From Planctomycetia bacterium (GTDB lineage Bacteria > Planctomycetota > UBA1135 > UBA2386), in the NCBI GenBank assembly GCA_005776365.1, contig SXPK01000181.1:1-47377 (forward strand): a stretch of DNA of 47,377 nucleotides. The letters run 5' to 3'. Under the pieces are notes generated by a model. The model was given only the letters and a program-made list of their open reading frames with translations, was not told where the DNA came from and ran no database searches. The position numbers and the translations under genes are program-made. Shown here one piece after another: positions 16,830 to 26,085 of this stretch (within the stretch, counting starts at the first letter, position 1; every line of letters starts with the position of its first letter).

Positions 16830-17306
16830 TCAACCGCGTCGGCGCACGACGCGCGGCTTCTTCGCTGACTTCGCAGCCGGCTTCGCAGCAGCCTTTGCAG
16901 CCGGCTTCGCAGGCTTCTTCGCGGGCTGATCCGGCTTCGGCTTCGTCGTCGCTTTGCGCGCCAAAGCCGCCTTGCTTGCATGCGCGCGAGGCGCCTCCTG
17001 TGCCATCGCGCATTCCCATGCCATCGACAACGCCGCCGCTGCCATGTCGGCGTAGACCATCGCGAGCGCGAGCGTCGTGACGCCGCGCTTGCCCCACGCG
17101 CCAGCGGCCGCAGCGAAGGCCGGGCTCGCCTGCCTCAGCTTGCGCTGTTGCGAGGGCGTCACGATTGCGACACCGACCTCCTCCGCCGCGTCGAGCGACG
17201 CGAAGACACGGCCGTTGGCGCGGAAGTCCGCGTGACCCATGTGCGCGCCTTCGATGGCGCCAGGAAGGGAGAGAGCGAGAGCGCGAAACTGATCTCCGGT
17301 CAACAT
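16830..17306 (-). CDS. MmcQ/YjbR family protein fused to a Lys/Ala/Pro-rich (histone H1/AlgP-like) C-terminal tail
   Basis: N-terminal ~110 aa (LPGAIEGAHMGHADFRANGRVFASL) resemble the YjbR/MmcQ fold. The tail is KATTKPKPDQPAKKPAKPAAKAAAKPAAKSAKKPRVVRRRG. Confidence 0.6.
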   Translation of the reverse strand: MLTGDQFRALALSLPGAIEGAHMGHADFRANGRVFASLDAAEEVGVAIVTPSQQRKLRQASPAFAAAAGAWGKRGVTTLALAMVYADMAAAALSMAWECAMAQEAPRAHASKAALARKATTKPKPDQPAKKPAKPAAKAAAKPAAKSAKKPRVVRRRG

Positions 17307-17338
17307 GTGCCGGAGCGTAGCGCGGACGTCGAGCGACT

Positions 17339-17851
17339 TCAGCGCACCGATACGACGCGGCCGAGCACGCGTCCGGTCATCACCAGCACGTCGTCACCGC
17401 GCGCGTTGGTGCGCAGCGTGATCGACGCGCGCAGCTTGCCGGGCGAGGTCTTGTTGCCCGGGATCAGGATCGAGAGGTGCCCCTCGCCGCCGGGCGGAAT
17501 CTCTCGCGAGAAGTCAAATGCGCCGCAGCCACAACTCGTGCGTGCCTTTTCGATGAACACGGTCTCGTTGCCACGGTTCTCGAGCTTGAAAGTGTGCTGG
17601 ATCTCTTCGCCCTCCGAGATTTCACCCCAGTCGAACACCGGTTCTTCGGCATGGATCCACGGCCCTTGCTTTGGTCTCGCAAGCAGACCTGCGTGGACTG
17701 CGACCATCTCAGCCGCCGCCAGCTTGGAAGTCTCCATGCTCGCCGCATCAGCGTCTGGGCGCGTGGCGAACAAGGCGAAGGCTAGGGCGAGAACCGAGGC
17801 GACTGCGATGTGCGTCGACTGCATGGGGCGGAGGGGCGTGTTCTTGGTCAA
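17339..17851 (-). CDS. DUF1573 domain protein (single Ig/PapD-like domain), exported
   Basis: Signal/anchor IAVASVLALAFALFA. DUF1573 signature: FDWGEISEGEEIQHTFKLENRGNETVFIEKARTSCGCGAFDF. Confidence 0.8.
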   Translation of the reverse strand: MTKNTPLRPMQSTHIAVASVLALAFALFATRPDADAASMETSKLAAAEMVAVHAGLLARPKQGPWIHAEEPVFDWGEISEGEEIQHTFKLENRGNETVFIEKARTSCGCGAFDFSREIPPGGEGHLSILIPGNKTSPGKLRASITLRTNARGDDVLVMTGRVLGRVVSVR

Positions 17852-17928
17852 GACGATTTCTCATCGACGGGCGCGGCGGAGCGCACATGGCGAACCGCCG
17901 CTCGCGTCCTGATTCGAGACGGGTGGGA

Positions 17929-19935
17929 TCAACGACGACGGAAAGGCTGAGTATCCGGAGCGCCTGGGAGTTCGCTCTCGGCCCAGATGAATGTGTCCGC
18001 AACGTCGGGGATCGCCGTGCCACCAGCGGTCAGGCGACCGGGTTCGAAGTTCCAGTCTGCCGCGCCATCCGTGAACACGGTGGCGATGGGACGGCTGCGG
18101 TCCCACGTCGCCGGATCCGCGGCTGGGTCGATCGTGCCCAGATACAGGAACACCCGCTGGCCCTGCGCCAGTGTCGCGCTGCCAAAGACGCGCCACTGAC
18201 GACGCGCGACGTCGTAGAGGCAACGCTTGATGCGCACGTCATCCAGCGGCACCGCGGCCGGGTCGACGACCGTGACGAGGACCGTGTCGCCCACGAGGCC
18301 GTTGATGACGAGGCGGAAGCTCAGGATCTCGACGCCAGCGTCGGCGCCGTTGGTGACCGGTGGCGCGATGAACGTGACGATCGCCGCATTGGCCGGATCC
18401 ACGGTCAGCGCCACTGGAGTCCCGGTGAGTTGCAGCCAATCGTAGGTCAGGTTCGTGCCCTGCGAGTTGGTGCCGGACAATGTCACGGTGTCACCACTGG
18501 TCACGTGCTGGTCGGGGCCCGCATCCGCAGTAATCGGATGAGGAGCGCCGGGCGCATCACTGGCGCCAGTGACGACCACGCCAGAACTGTGCCGCAGCAG
18601 ATTCGAACCGATCGAAACGGTGCGAGGCGCCGCGTTCAGCGCCGAGACGGTCAGCGCATAGGAACCTGGCTGGACCCAATCGAGCACGGATCCGGACGGC
18701 AGGCCGGCTGCCTTGACGGCAATCGGAGTGGAATCGAGGAGGTCAGAAGACTTGGCCTGGACGATCAGATCACCGCCAACCGAGTAACTTGCGCTGGTGA
18801 TCGCGAGGAGCGGCTGGAAGCCACTGACCAACTTGGTGCTAGCTGGAATGTCGAGCGCATTGACCAGCGTCACCGCAGCAGGGACCGGGGCCCCTTGGCC
18901 AAGGTCGAGCTTCGCGAAGTAGGCACCGGGACCGTTGGGTCGTTCGTCCATCCGGACCCGCAAGCCGTTCTCGAGTTCGACGTAGAGGTCCTGGCCGGGC
19001 GACGACGAAGCGAAGACGTTGATCGACGTCATGTCAGCGCTGCGGCTGAAGTAGCTCTTGTCGTGCTCGACGCCGTGGCGATTGGCGACCTTGCCTTGCA
19101 CGGTGAAGAAGTCGGTGCGCACGTAGTCCGTCCGCGCGTCGGTCAGATCGACGAGGGCCGGGAACATCTGATCGATGCCAGGGCCTTCGACGGAGAAGTA
19201 GTTGGTGCCGCGCGGGCTGCCGACAACTTCGGTCTCGACGAGGTTCTGGGTCAGGAACATCCCCGGACGCAGCTTGTTTGGATCGGGCTGCCCCGTTGCC
19301 GGATCGAGAAGCCCGACGGGCATCAAGAACGGACCGAGTTCACCGCGGAGCGCAGTGGTGAAGACGCCCGGTGCGCCAATGCCGATGTCACGCGTGACGA
19401 AGATGCGGCCATCACCGTCGGCTTGGTGGGTCTCTTCGCCGAAGGGATAGACAAAGGTGTAGTTCTGAAACGGCTGGAAGTTCCAGAAGTGCAGGCGGAA
19501 GCGTACGAAGACGACTTCTTGGCCGCGCTGCACGCTGCCCGTGGCGTATGCGGCCTCGACTGCATGGATCAATATGCCGCGCGTGGCATTGACGCCATCG
19601 AGCCCGGCTTCACAGGCGTAGAAGAAAGTCTCATCCGGCCAGTTGTGGGTCGTGTCCGTTGGGCTGGAAGGCGGGCGAGCAACTACGGACGGATTGGGCG
19701 GCAGGAAGAAGCAATGGTCGTTGTTCGTGCACAGACCGAGCTTCAGCCCGTGCTTGTCCGCATACCACATCGGGTAACCCGTGAGCGCATCAACGGGACC
19801 GACCGAATGGAGGCCTTCAGGACCGGGCCCAGGCGTCGCCTGAGCAGCAACTTCGCTTCCGACAGAAATCGCCAGCGCGGCGGACAGCGAGGCGACGAAG
19901 GCGCCTTGGACAGACCAGTGGTGGTGGTTGGTCAT
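17929..19935 (-). CDS. Large secreted protein, paralog A: conserved novel N-terminal ~300-aa domain plus PKD-like domain
   Basis: I chose the start at MTNHHHWSVQGAFVASLSAALAISVGSEVAAQA (668 aa). The N-terminal domain (GLHSVGPVDALTGYPMWYADKHGLKLGLCTNNDHCFF..) is about 40% identical by eye to 21416..23527. PKD-like motif: ADAGPDQHVTSGDTVTLSGTNSQG. Confidence 0.8.
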   Translation of the reverse strand: MTNHHHWSVQGAFVASLSAALAISVGSEVAAQATPGPGPEGLHSVGPVDALTGYPMWYADKHGLKLGLCTNNDHCFFLPPNPSVVARPPSSPTDTTHNWPDETFFYACEAGLDGVNATRGILIHAVEAAYATGSVQRGQEVVFVRFRLHFWNFQPFQNYTFVYPFGEETHQADGDGRIFVTRDIGIGAPGVFTTALRGELGPFLMPVGLLDPATGQPDPNKLRPGMFLTQNLVETEVVGSPRGTNYFSVEGPGIDQMFPALVDLTDARTDYVRTDFFTVQGKVANRHGVEHDKSYFSRSADMTSINVFASSSPGQDLYVELENGLRVRMDERPNGPGAYFAKLDLGQGAPVPAAVTLVNALDIPASTKLVSGFQPLLAITSASYSVGGDLIVQAKSSDLLDSTPIAVKAAGLPSGSVLDWVQPGSYALTVSALNAAPRTVSIGSNLLRHSSGVVVTGASDAPGAPHPITADAGPDQHVTSGDTVTLSGTNSQGTNLTYDWLQLTGTPVALTVDPANAAIVTFIAPPVTNGADAGVEILSFRLVINGLVGDTVLVTVVDPAAVPLDDVRIKRCLYDVARRQWRVFGSATLAQGQRVFLYLGTIDPAADPATWDRSRPIATVFTDGAADWNFEPGRLTAGGTAIPDVADTFIWAESELPGAPDTQPFRRR

Positions 19936-20166
19936 GGGTGAGCAGACTGGGAAAGAGCTGAGGAGTCGATGCGTCGCATCGAGGCGCAAACGCCTCAATG
20001 GGTGCATCCTGGATGAGATTATCACATCCAGTCGGCTGCCTTGGGATTGCGCAATGCAGCGGGTCGCGGAATGAGACAGACATGCTGCTCATTGCGTTGC
20101 TGGCATGGGCGCATCAACCGCGGGGACGGCCACGGCCGTCGAGTCGTTGTGAAGCGATTCTGCCGC

Positions 20167-21399
20167 TCAACGCGGCTGCAACGGGAACGCAGCGATTCCC
20201 ACGTGCAACGCTTCGCCCTGTCCACCTGCGCTCCCAATCACCAACGACCCGCGAATGGACCCGCGCGCCGCAGCGCCGAGGCGCCAGCGCAACGTGACGC
20301 GAGTCGAGGCGGGACTGGCTGGATCCGTTGCCATCGCAACCTCGAACATGTCCGTCAGGTCCTTGCCTGCCGAATCGACCAGCTTGCGGACCTCGAGCGT
20401 AGGAGCTGCATCGTGGTCGTAGTCGACGACCGTGAAGTTTCGCTCGACCGCGACCGAGGGATCAAACGCATCGAAGCTCAGATTCGTCGTCGAGGCCTCC
20501 ATCCCCTTCACGACGCGCGCGGACCACGGGATGCGCAACGGCGGCATCCCCTCGCAATGCGCCAACTCGATCCATCCCGCCAAGAGGCCGGCGCCGTTGT
20601 CAGGCGGAATCGTCAAGGTCGACAGGACCTGCACGCCGCCGCCTTCCGCATGCTGGAGCTCGCAACGGATTCTCGGATCATCGCTGCGCGGCGAACCGAA
20701 CGAATACGGCCGATCCGCGTCATCCGGAACGACTCCTGCTTGGAGTGTTCGTTCTGTGCCCCTGCGAATCGGCCCGAACTCCATCTGCGGTTCGGGTGAG
20801 ATGCGAACGGGCGCGTCGATGCCATACCGCAAGTCGACGACCATCGAGCCATCGTGGGCAGCGTCGCCCTCGCCGTAGACGACTGCGAGTTCTGCAAGAT
20901 GCGAAGTCACCGGCTCGTCGAGGACCAGCTTCTCTGCCGTATCCACGCGAAGGCGAAGCACGAGCTCCTCGTCACTGGCCAACCGCTTGTCATCCCACGA
21001 TGCTTCCGAGAGCAGCCGCTCGCCGCGCTTCGACTTCGCAATCAGGTCGGCCGACGCGCAAACGCAATCGAATCGGATGTCGATCGCTCGCATCGCGTCC
21101 ACGACGCCGGCGCGCGACACAACGAGATCGTGCGCGACTCTCGCCCCCCACGGGATCGAGCCAAAGTCGTGAGCAACAGAAGACAGCGTCTGGACGCGAT
21201 CGCAAGAAGGGGAAGCAAGGACAAGGGTCCATGCCGTCAGCGTGGCGACGAGGGCGCGGCGATCAGGACTTGCTGCGGTTCTTGGCACGGATGCAGTTTC
21301 GGCGCGGGAGCGCACGGCGCTGGAACGTGGATCCTTCCAAGAACGCGCCAAGCCTGCCGGACGCAAGGTCGTGGCAGGCCTGGCGAGCAGTCTGAGCAA
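20167..21399 (-). CDS. Multi-domain DUF1573-like exported protein (possible lipoprotein)
   Basis: 410-aa ORF with a hydrophobic leader (LVATLTAWTLVLASPSC). The first domain (HDFGSIPWGARVAHDLVV..IRFDCVCASADL) matches the DUF1573 pattern. Two further Ig-like segments follow (MEFGPIRRG.., LSFDAFDPS..). The start is not certain. Confidence 0.65.
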   Translation of the reverse strand: MLRLLARPATTLRPAGLARSWKDPRSSAVRSRAETASVPRTAASPDRRALVATLTAWTLVLASPSCDRVQTLSSVAHDFGSIPWGARVAHDLVVSRAGVVDAMRAIDIRFDCVCASADLIAKSKRGERLLSEASWDDKRLASDEELVLRLRVDTAEKLVLDEPVTSHLAELAVVYGEGDAAHDGSMVVDLRYGIDAPVRISPEPQMEFGPIRRGTERTLQAGVVPDDADRPYSFGSPRSDDPRIRCELQHAEGGGVQVLSTLTIPPDNGAGLLAGWIELAHCEGMPPLRIPWSARVVKGMEASTTNLSFDAFDPSVAVERNFTVVDYDHDAAPTLEVRKLVDSAGKDLTDMFEVAMATDPASPASTRVTLRWRLGAAARGSIRGSLVIGSAGGQGEALHVGIAAFPLQPR

Positions 21400-21415
21400 T
21401 GCTCTGTGGACCGCC

Positions 21416-23527
21416 TCAGCGCGACACGCGGTAGACGAAGGACGCCTTGCCGCCGAGCGCGGACTCGACCACGACCGTGGTATCGAGGCCAGTCGGGATC
21501 ATTTCGGGACGGAAGATGCTGGCCGGAGCGCGGAAGCGCCACAGCCCCAGGTCGCCGGCGAAGGCAGAGCCGATCCGCCGATTGACATCCTTGACTGGAG
21601 CGCCGTTCACGTCGCGGATGACGGCTCCCGTCTCGTCAAGCAGCGCGAAGTAAACATCCATGCGTTGATCCCACCAGACGTTCGTGTCACCCGTGACGTC
21701 CCACAGTTGACGGCCCAAGTCGTAGCGCGCGGCCGTGACCGTGATGACGTCCTGGACCTGATTCGAATCCGTGACGTGCACGATCACGCTGTCCGTCGAT
21801 GCGCGGCCCGCATCGTCGATCACCGTCACCGAGAACACGAGGTCGCCTGCTGCCGTGACGAGGCCCACGAGCTGCGAACCCTGTGACGCTACCGCGTCGA
21901 TCTCGAAGCCGGCCAACGGCGGACTCCACATGAAGTTGGCAATGTTGCCGGAGGACGCGCTCGCGTTGAGCGTGATGACCGTGCGGATCTCCACGAGGTT
22001 GGCCGGGTCGAAGCCCAGGTCGGCGCCAGCGTTGGCGATAGGACCGGCCGTCGGCGGCGTCTGCGTCGTCTTGCCAGGCCCCAGGATCTCCAGCGGGAAG
22101 GTCGCCTCGCCACCACCGGAGGACCGGATCGTGACCTCGGTCGGCGGCACGTAGGTCGCAGGCAGCGGCTGATTGATGGTCGCGTCGCCGACGCTGCCAG
22201 TGAGGCCAGTCACGGCGAAGTTGACGTCCGGGATCTCGATGTCGACCTGACGTGATTGGCTCTGATCGGTCGAAGTCACCGCGACCGCGAGCGCGCTCGG
22301 ACTGCCGTTCTGGCCCAAGGTGAAGGTCGCTGATTGAACCGACACGAGATCGGGGATCGTCGCCATCGCCTTCGACGTGAACGGCGCGTCCGAGACATTG
22401 CGTACCTCGAGGTCGGACGGCAGCGCGCTGTTGGTCTCACCGAGATCAACCTTCGCGAAGTAATGGCCTGGGGTATTGGTGTTCTCCTGCATCGGCGCCC
22501 ACGAGCCGTCCTGCGCCCTGACGATCATGTTCTGCCCTTCTGCAGACTGGGCATGGACCGTCACGCTCGACGCGAGCGTCGAAGTGGCGGCATTGCCGGT
22601 GGCCGAGTAGTAGGCATCGTCGATGCCGACGCCGTACTTCTCCGCCACCTGGCCCTGCATCGCGAACAAACTGCTGCGGATCCGATCTGGGTTGGTGGGA
22701 TCGACGACGAGTGCGGGGAATAGGGCGCCGAGGCCGGGACCTTCGTACTCGACGTAGTTGCGGCCGATCGGGCTGCCCTCGACGGTCTCGAGAGTCAGAC
22801 CACCATTGGACAGCAACGTTCCCTTCGGGGAGTTGCGGTTGAATCCCGTGGGCACGAGGAATGGACCGATGTCGCCATAGACCGCGCCACCGAAGTTGCC
22901 GACCGAGAGGCCGATGTCGCGGGTGTAGAAGATCGAGCCGTCCGGCTCGGACTCGAGCACTTCTTCGCCGTAGGGATGGCGGATCGTGTAGAGGGACTCG
23001 GGCGCGACGTCGCGAAGGCGGATGCGCAGCCGCGCGAACACGACTTGTTGACCAGGCATGACATCGCCGGATGCAAACGCGCCTTCGATCGCGACGTGAT
23101 ACATCACCCGCGCGCGCGACGGCAACCGAGTGATCTCGAGGTTCTCGATCGCATAGAAGAACACTTCGTCCGGGTAGTTGAAGTTGCCGGCGACTGCGTC
23201 AGCCACGCTCTGCGGAAACGTGACCGGCGCCAGCGGATTGGCGCCGAAGAAGCAGTTGTTGGGGTCCTGGCACACGCCAAGCTTGAGGCCAGTGGTGTCC
23301 TCGTACCAGAAGGGAAAGCCGTTGTAGGCATTCACCGGTCCGACACGCTTCAGGCCCACGGGACCATTGGGGACCGGAGTGTCCTGGGCTTCGGCTTCTG
23401 GGGCGGAAGCCAGCGTCGTGATAGCGGCAATCGCGAATGCGCGAAGCGCGGACCTGATGACGGTGGATACGGTTTGCGCGCGACGTAGGCGCGCGAACCC
23501 TGAGGACAGGGTGGCGTGGTGCTTCAT
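21416..23527 (-). CDS. Large secreted protein, paralog B: same novel N-terminal domain plus PKD-like domain
   Basis: I chose the start at MKHHATLSS..AFAIAAITTLASAPEAEAQ (703 aa; ATG at 23527). GLKRVGPVNAYNGFPFWYEDTTGLKLGVCQDPNNCFF parallels paralog A. PKD-like motif: ANAGADLGFDP..ITLNASASSG. The 902-aa ORF extension to 24124 overlaps the divergent gene and has an Arg-rich antisense-like composition. Confidence 0.8.
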   Translation of the reverse strand: MKHHATLSSGFARLRRAQTVSTVIRSALRAFAIAAITTLASAPEAEAQDTPVPNGPVGLKRVGPVNAYNGFPFWYEDTTGLKLGVCQDPNNCFFGANPLAPVTFPQSVADAVAGNFNYPDEVFFYAIENLEITRLPSRARVMYHVAIEGAFASGDVMPGQQVVFARLRIRLRDVAPESLYTIRHPYGEEVLESEPDGSIFYTRDIGLSVGNFGGAVYGDIGPFLVPTGFNRNSPKGTLLSNGGLTLETVEGSPIGRNYVEYEGPGLGALFPALVVDPTNPDRIRSSLFAMQGQVAEKYGVGIDDAYYSATGNAATSTLASSVTVHAQSAEGQNMIVRAQDGSWAPMQENTNTPGHYFAKVDLGETNSALPSDLEVRNVSDAPFTSKAMATIPDLVSVQSATFTLGQNGSPSALAVAVTSTDQSQSRQVDIEIPDVNFAVTGLTGSVGDATINQPLPATYVPPTEVTIRSSGGGEATFPLEILGPGKTTQTPPTAGPIANAGADLGFDPANLVEIRTVITLNASASSGNIANFMWSPPLAGFEIDAVASQGSQLVGLVTAAGDLVFSVTVIDDAGRASTDSVIVHVTDSNQVQDVITVTAARYDLGRQLWDVTGDTNVWWDQRMDVYFALLDETGAVIRDVNGAPVKDVNRRIGSAFAGDLGLWRFRAPASIFRPEMIPTGLDTTVVVESALGGKASFVYRVSR

Positions 23528-23895
23528 GGGGGTGGGTGAGAAAGAACGGGTGTCGGGTTGAGGAGTCCCGACATCAGACAATCTACCCCCAGCCGTGCGC
23601 GGTGACGCGCCGCACCGTCTGCGAGGTGCGGCCATGCGCATCGGGATCCAAGGCGCTGGCACGCATGCTGTCGATGGGACCGAATTCTTCGTGCAACGTC
23701 CGCAGGATTCTGGCCGCCGAAAAAAATCATCGGTCGACGAGACGCTGTGCCAAGTGCACTGACTCGCATGCTCGTCCCGCGAGCGATCGCCGCTGATTGA
23801 ATGGTTCACGAAGAGATTCCCGCTTTTGGACCGCGGCCTGCGCGCAATCATGCTCGAAGCGACCGATCCCATCGGCGGGATGAAGCCCGCACTTC

Positions 23896-25959
23896 GTGAC
23901 TGAGTGCCGCTGCATTCGCGGGGCGAAGCTCCGATCGGAAGGACCGTGCAATGCAGCGGATACTCGATCAGTGCCTTACCAACCCACCTGCATTCTGCGG
24001 ATCGCCGCGCTGTCTGCGCTCTTCTCGGCCGCTGCCAGTGTGGGTGCCGCCCAATGCCAGGCATCGACCGCGCCCCAACGCATCGGGACTCCATTCGCAG
24101 GAACCATGTTCGAAGGCGCTGCACTGCCGCCGAACTACGGCGTGAGCCTCGATCCAGGCGTTGGGATTCGCTTCGACCTCGTCGCGGACGCGCCGATCGA
24201 AGTCATGAACATCGGCATCAATGTGCTCGGCGACGGCGGCAACTACGGAATGCCAGTTCCCAATCTGATCGGCGCGCCCAATGGAACGCTGGAAGTCTGG
24301 GTCGCGCCAAATCACAGCGTTCGCGAAGCCGCACTCTTCACCAACGTCAACTACCGGCACAACCCGCCAACCATGCCGCCGCTGCCGTGGACCTTGCTCA
24401 GCAACCAGGTCACGCACGTCTCCAACCTGGTGTGGTCCGACCCGGACACGCCTTCGACCGCGTCGTTCACGCCGCCGCTGTCGCTCGCCGCGGGCTCGTA
24501 TGCCGTCGTGTTGGTGGCAGTCCCGCGCGGGGGCGCCAGCATCCCTGGTGGAACTGGCGCCACTGCGAGGCCCGCGGACCGCATCCACCTCTTGTCCACC
24601 AATCTCGCGCAGGTGCCGGGACCCGCAAGCTTCGCAGACGGCGTTCTCTCGATTGCGAATGCAGGCGTACAGACGCCAGCCTTCGCTTCCACGAGCAAGG
24701 ACGCCACGAGCACGCCGCCGGTGCTGCCAAACTTCGAGCTCACCTACCGACTCGGCGCCAATGCTGCGGCACAGCAACGCTACGGCCTTGGCTGCTACGA
24801 CAGGAAGCACACGTTCTATGAGGGCTTCCTTGCGACGGGAACCGCGGGAGGAGCGACGATCGACCTCGCGCCTGGCAGCCTCGCGTTGCGCAAACTCGGC
24901 AACCGCTACTTCGTCGAAGGCGGCCAGAGCTCGTATCCACGCAACGGCTTCACGCCAGGATCGAGTTCGTGGTACCGGGTCAACCATCCCGCCACGCCGA
25001 CTCACGTCAACACCAGGGCGCCGGCAACGTCCGTCTGGGGCGATTGGGACGACGCGACATCGCAAGCCTATCCGCTGCCCTTCGCGTTCCCCTTCCCGGG
25101 CGACGCTGGAGTTCCAGCGACGGCAATCGTCATCGGCAGCAACGGCGCGATCTGGTTAGGCGGGGCTCAACCAACGACGCAACGATTTCTCGGCGACTAT
25201 CAAGGTTGGCTCGACGGACCGCCTTCGCTCGCGGCAGCTTACTTCGACCTGTATCCAGCCGATCGCTTCACGCTCTACGGCGGCGCAGGCGACATCTACA
25301 TCGACAGTGACGGCTCCAACTACGTGACGATCTCGTGGGTCGCAGTCACCGAGTATCCGAGCGGCGCGGCGACCGGAACACTCAACAGCTTCCAGCTGAC
25401 GCTGATGCCGAACGGCAATGCAGAGTTCACCTACGGCCGCATCCGCCACGGGGCGTCCGATCTCCTCGTCGGATTCACGCCTGGCAACGGCGCCGGTGAT
25501 CCCGGGTCAGGCTCGACGCCGCGGCGTGCCCCAGATCTCCGTTCTGGAATCGCCACCGGTGGTTTCCTCTCCGGCGATGGAGCTTCCCCCTCGCTGCTCC
25601 AACTCACGAGCCGCCCGAGAGTCGGCGCGCCGCTGGTATTCGACACCACCAACCTCGATGCGACCGCGGTCCTGAACATCACGCTCGTGTCGACGACGTC
25701 AGTGCCCGGCATCGACCTGGCGATGCTCGGAATGCGCGGCTGCGAAGCCAATGTGATGCTGCCGGAGATCGCTGCGTTCGCCCAGTTCGCGCAGAACCGA
25801 ACCGCGACCTGGCCCGCGCTCGCATCGATCCCAGCGATGTTCGCCGGCTTCGACTTGTTCGCGCAATCCGTGCAACTCTGCGCCGGCATGCCCGTGTCTT
25901 ACAACGCTGCCAACGTGCTCGTGTCCAACGGACTCTGCGTGCGGTTCGACCGCAACTGA
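23896..25959 (+). CDS. Secreted hypothetical protein (up to 687 aa) with the C-terminal shared module
   Basis: Signal peptide ILRIAALSALFSAAASVGAAQC. The likely real start is GTG 23971 (MPYQPTCILRIAAL..); 23896 is the maximal ORF. No known catalytic domain recognised. C-terminal 123 aa: ..LAMLGMRGCEANVML..FAGFDLFAQSVQL..VLVSNGLCVRFDRN. Confidence 0.75.
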   Translation: MTECRCIRGAKLRSEGPCNAADTRSVPYQPTCILRIAALSALFSAAASVGAAQCQASTAPQRIGTPFAGTMFEGAALPPNYGVSLDPGVGIRFDLVADAPIEVMNIGINVLGDGGNYGMPVPNLIGAPNGTLEVWVAPNHSVREAALFTNVNYRHNPPTMPPLPWTLLSNQVTHVSNLVWSDPDTPSTASFTPPLSLAAGSYAVVLVAVPRGGASIPGGTGATARPADRIHLLSTNLAQVPGPASFADGVLSIANAGVQTPAFASTSKDATSTPPVLPNFELTYRLGANAAAQQRYGLGCYDRKHTFYEGFLATGTAGGATIDLAPGSLALRKLGNRYFVEGGQSSYPRNGFTPGSSSWYRVNHPATPTHVNTRAPATSVWGDWDDATSQAYPLPFAFPFPGDAGVPATAIVIGSNGAIWLGGAQPTTQRFLGDYQGWLDGPPSLAAAYFDLYPADRFTLYGGAGDIYIDSDGSNYVTISWVAVTEYPSGAATGTLNSFQLTLMPNGNAEFTYGRIRHGASDLLVGFTPGNGAGDPGSGSTPRRAPDLRSGIATGGFLSGDGASPSLLQLTSRPRVGAPLVFDTTNLDATAVLNITLVSTTSVPGIDLAMLGMRGCEANVMLPEIAAFAQFAQNRTATWPALASIPAMFAGFDLFAQSVQLCAGMPVSYNAANVLVSNGLCVRFDRN

Positions 25960-26085
25960 GCGCGTTCGCTTCCAGTGCAGCGGGAAGTTCGAAGTGGTGC
26001 TTGCGTGCTCGGACTACGAACATCGGCAGTTTGAGACTGAGCGGCACGACGTTCGCTCCCTGCTGGGAGCCCCCCGCTCTGTTCG

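Noticed and set aside
16850-16960. Apparent DNA tandem repeat (gccggcttcgca-like units)
   Set aside because: It is degenerate and fully explained by the Lys/Ala/Pro-rich coding tail of the MmcQ/YjbR gene, so it is not an independent repeat element.
17671-19941. 756-aa plus-strand ORF opposite paralog A
   Set aside because: It has antisense composition (R/D/G/V rich, no hydrophobic core pattern). The minus-strand product has a paralog in the window.
23528-24124. N-terminal 199-aa extension of the 902-aa ORF (paralog B)
   Set aside because: The extension is Arg/Ser/Cys-rich, has no similarity to paralog A and overlaps the divergent gene start. The Met at 23527 is followed by a proper signal peptide.
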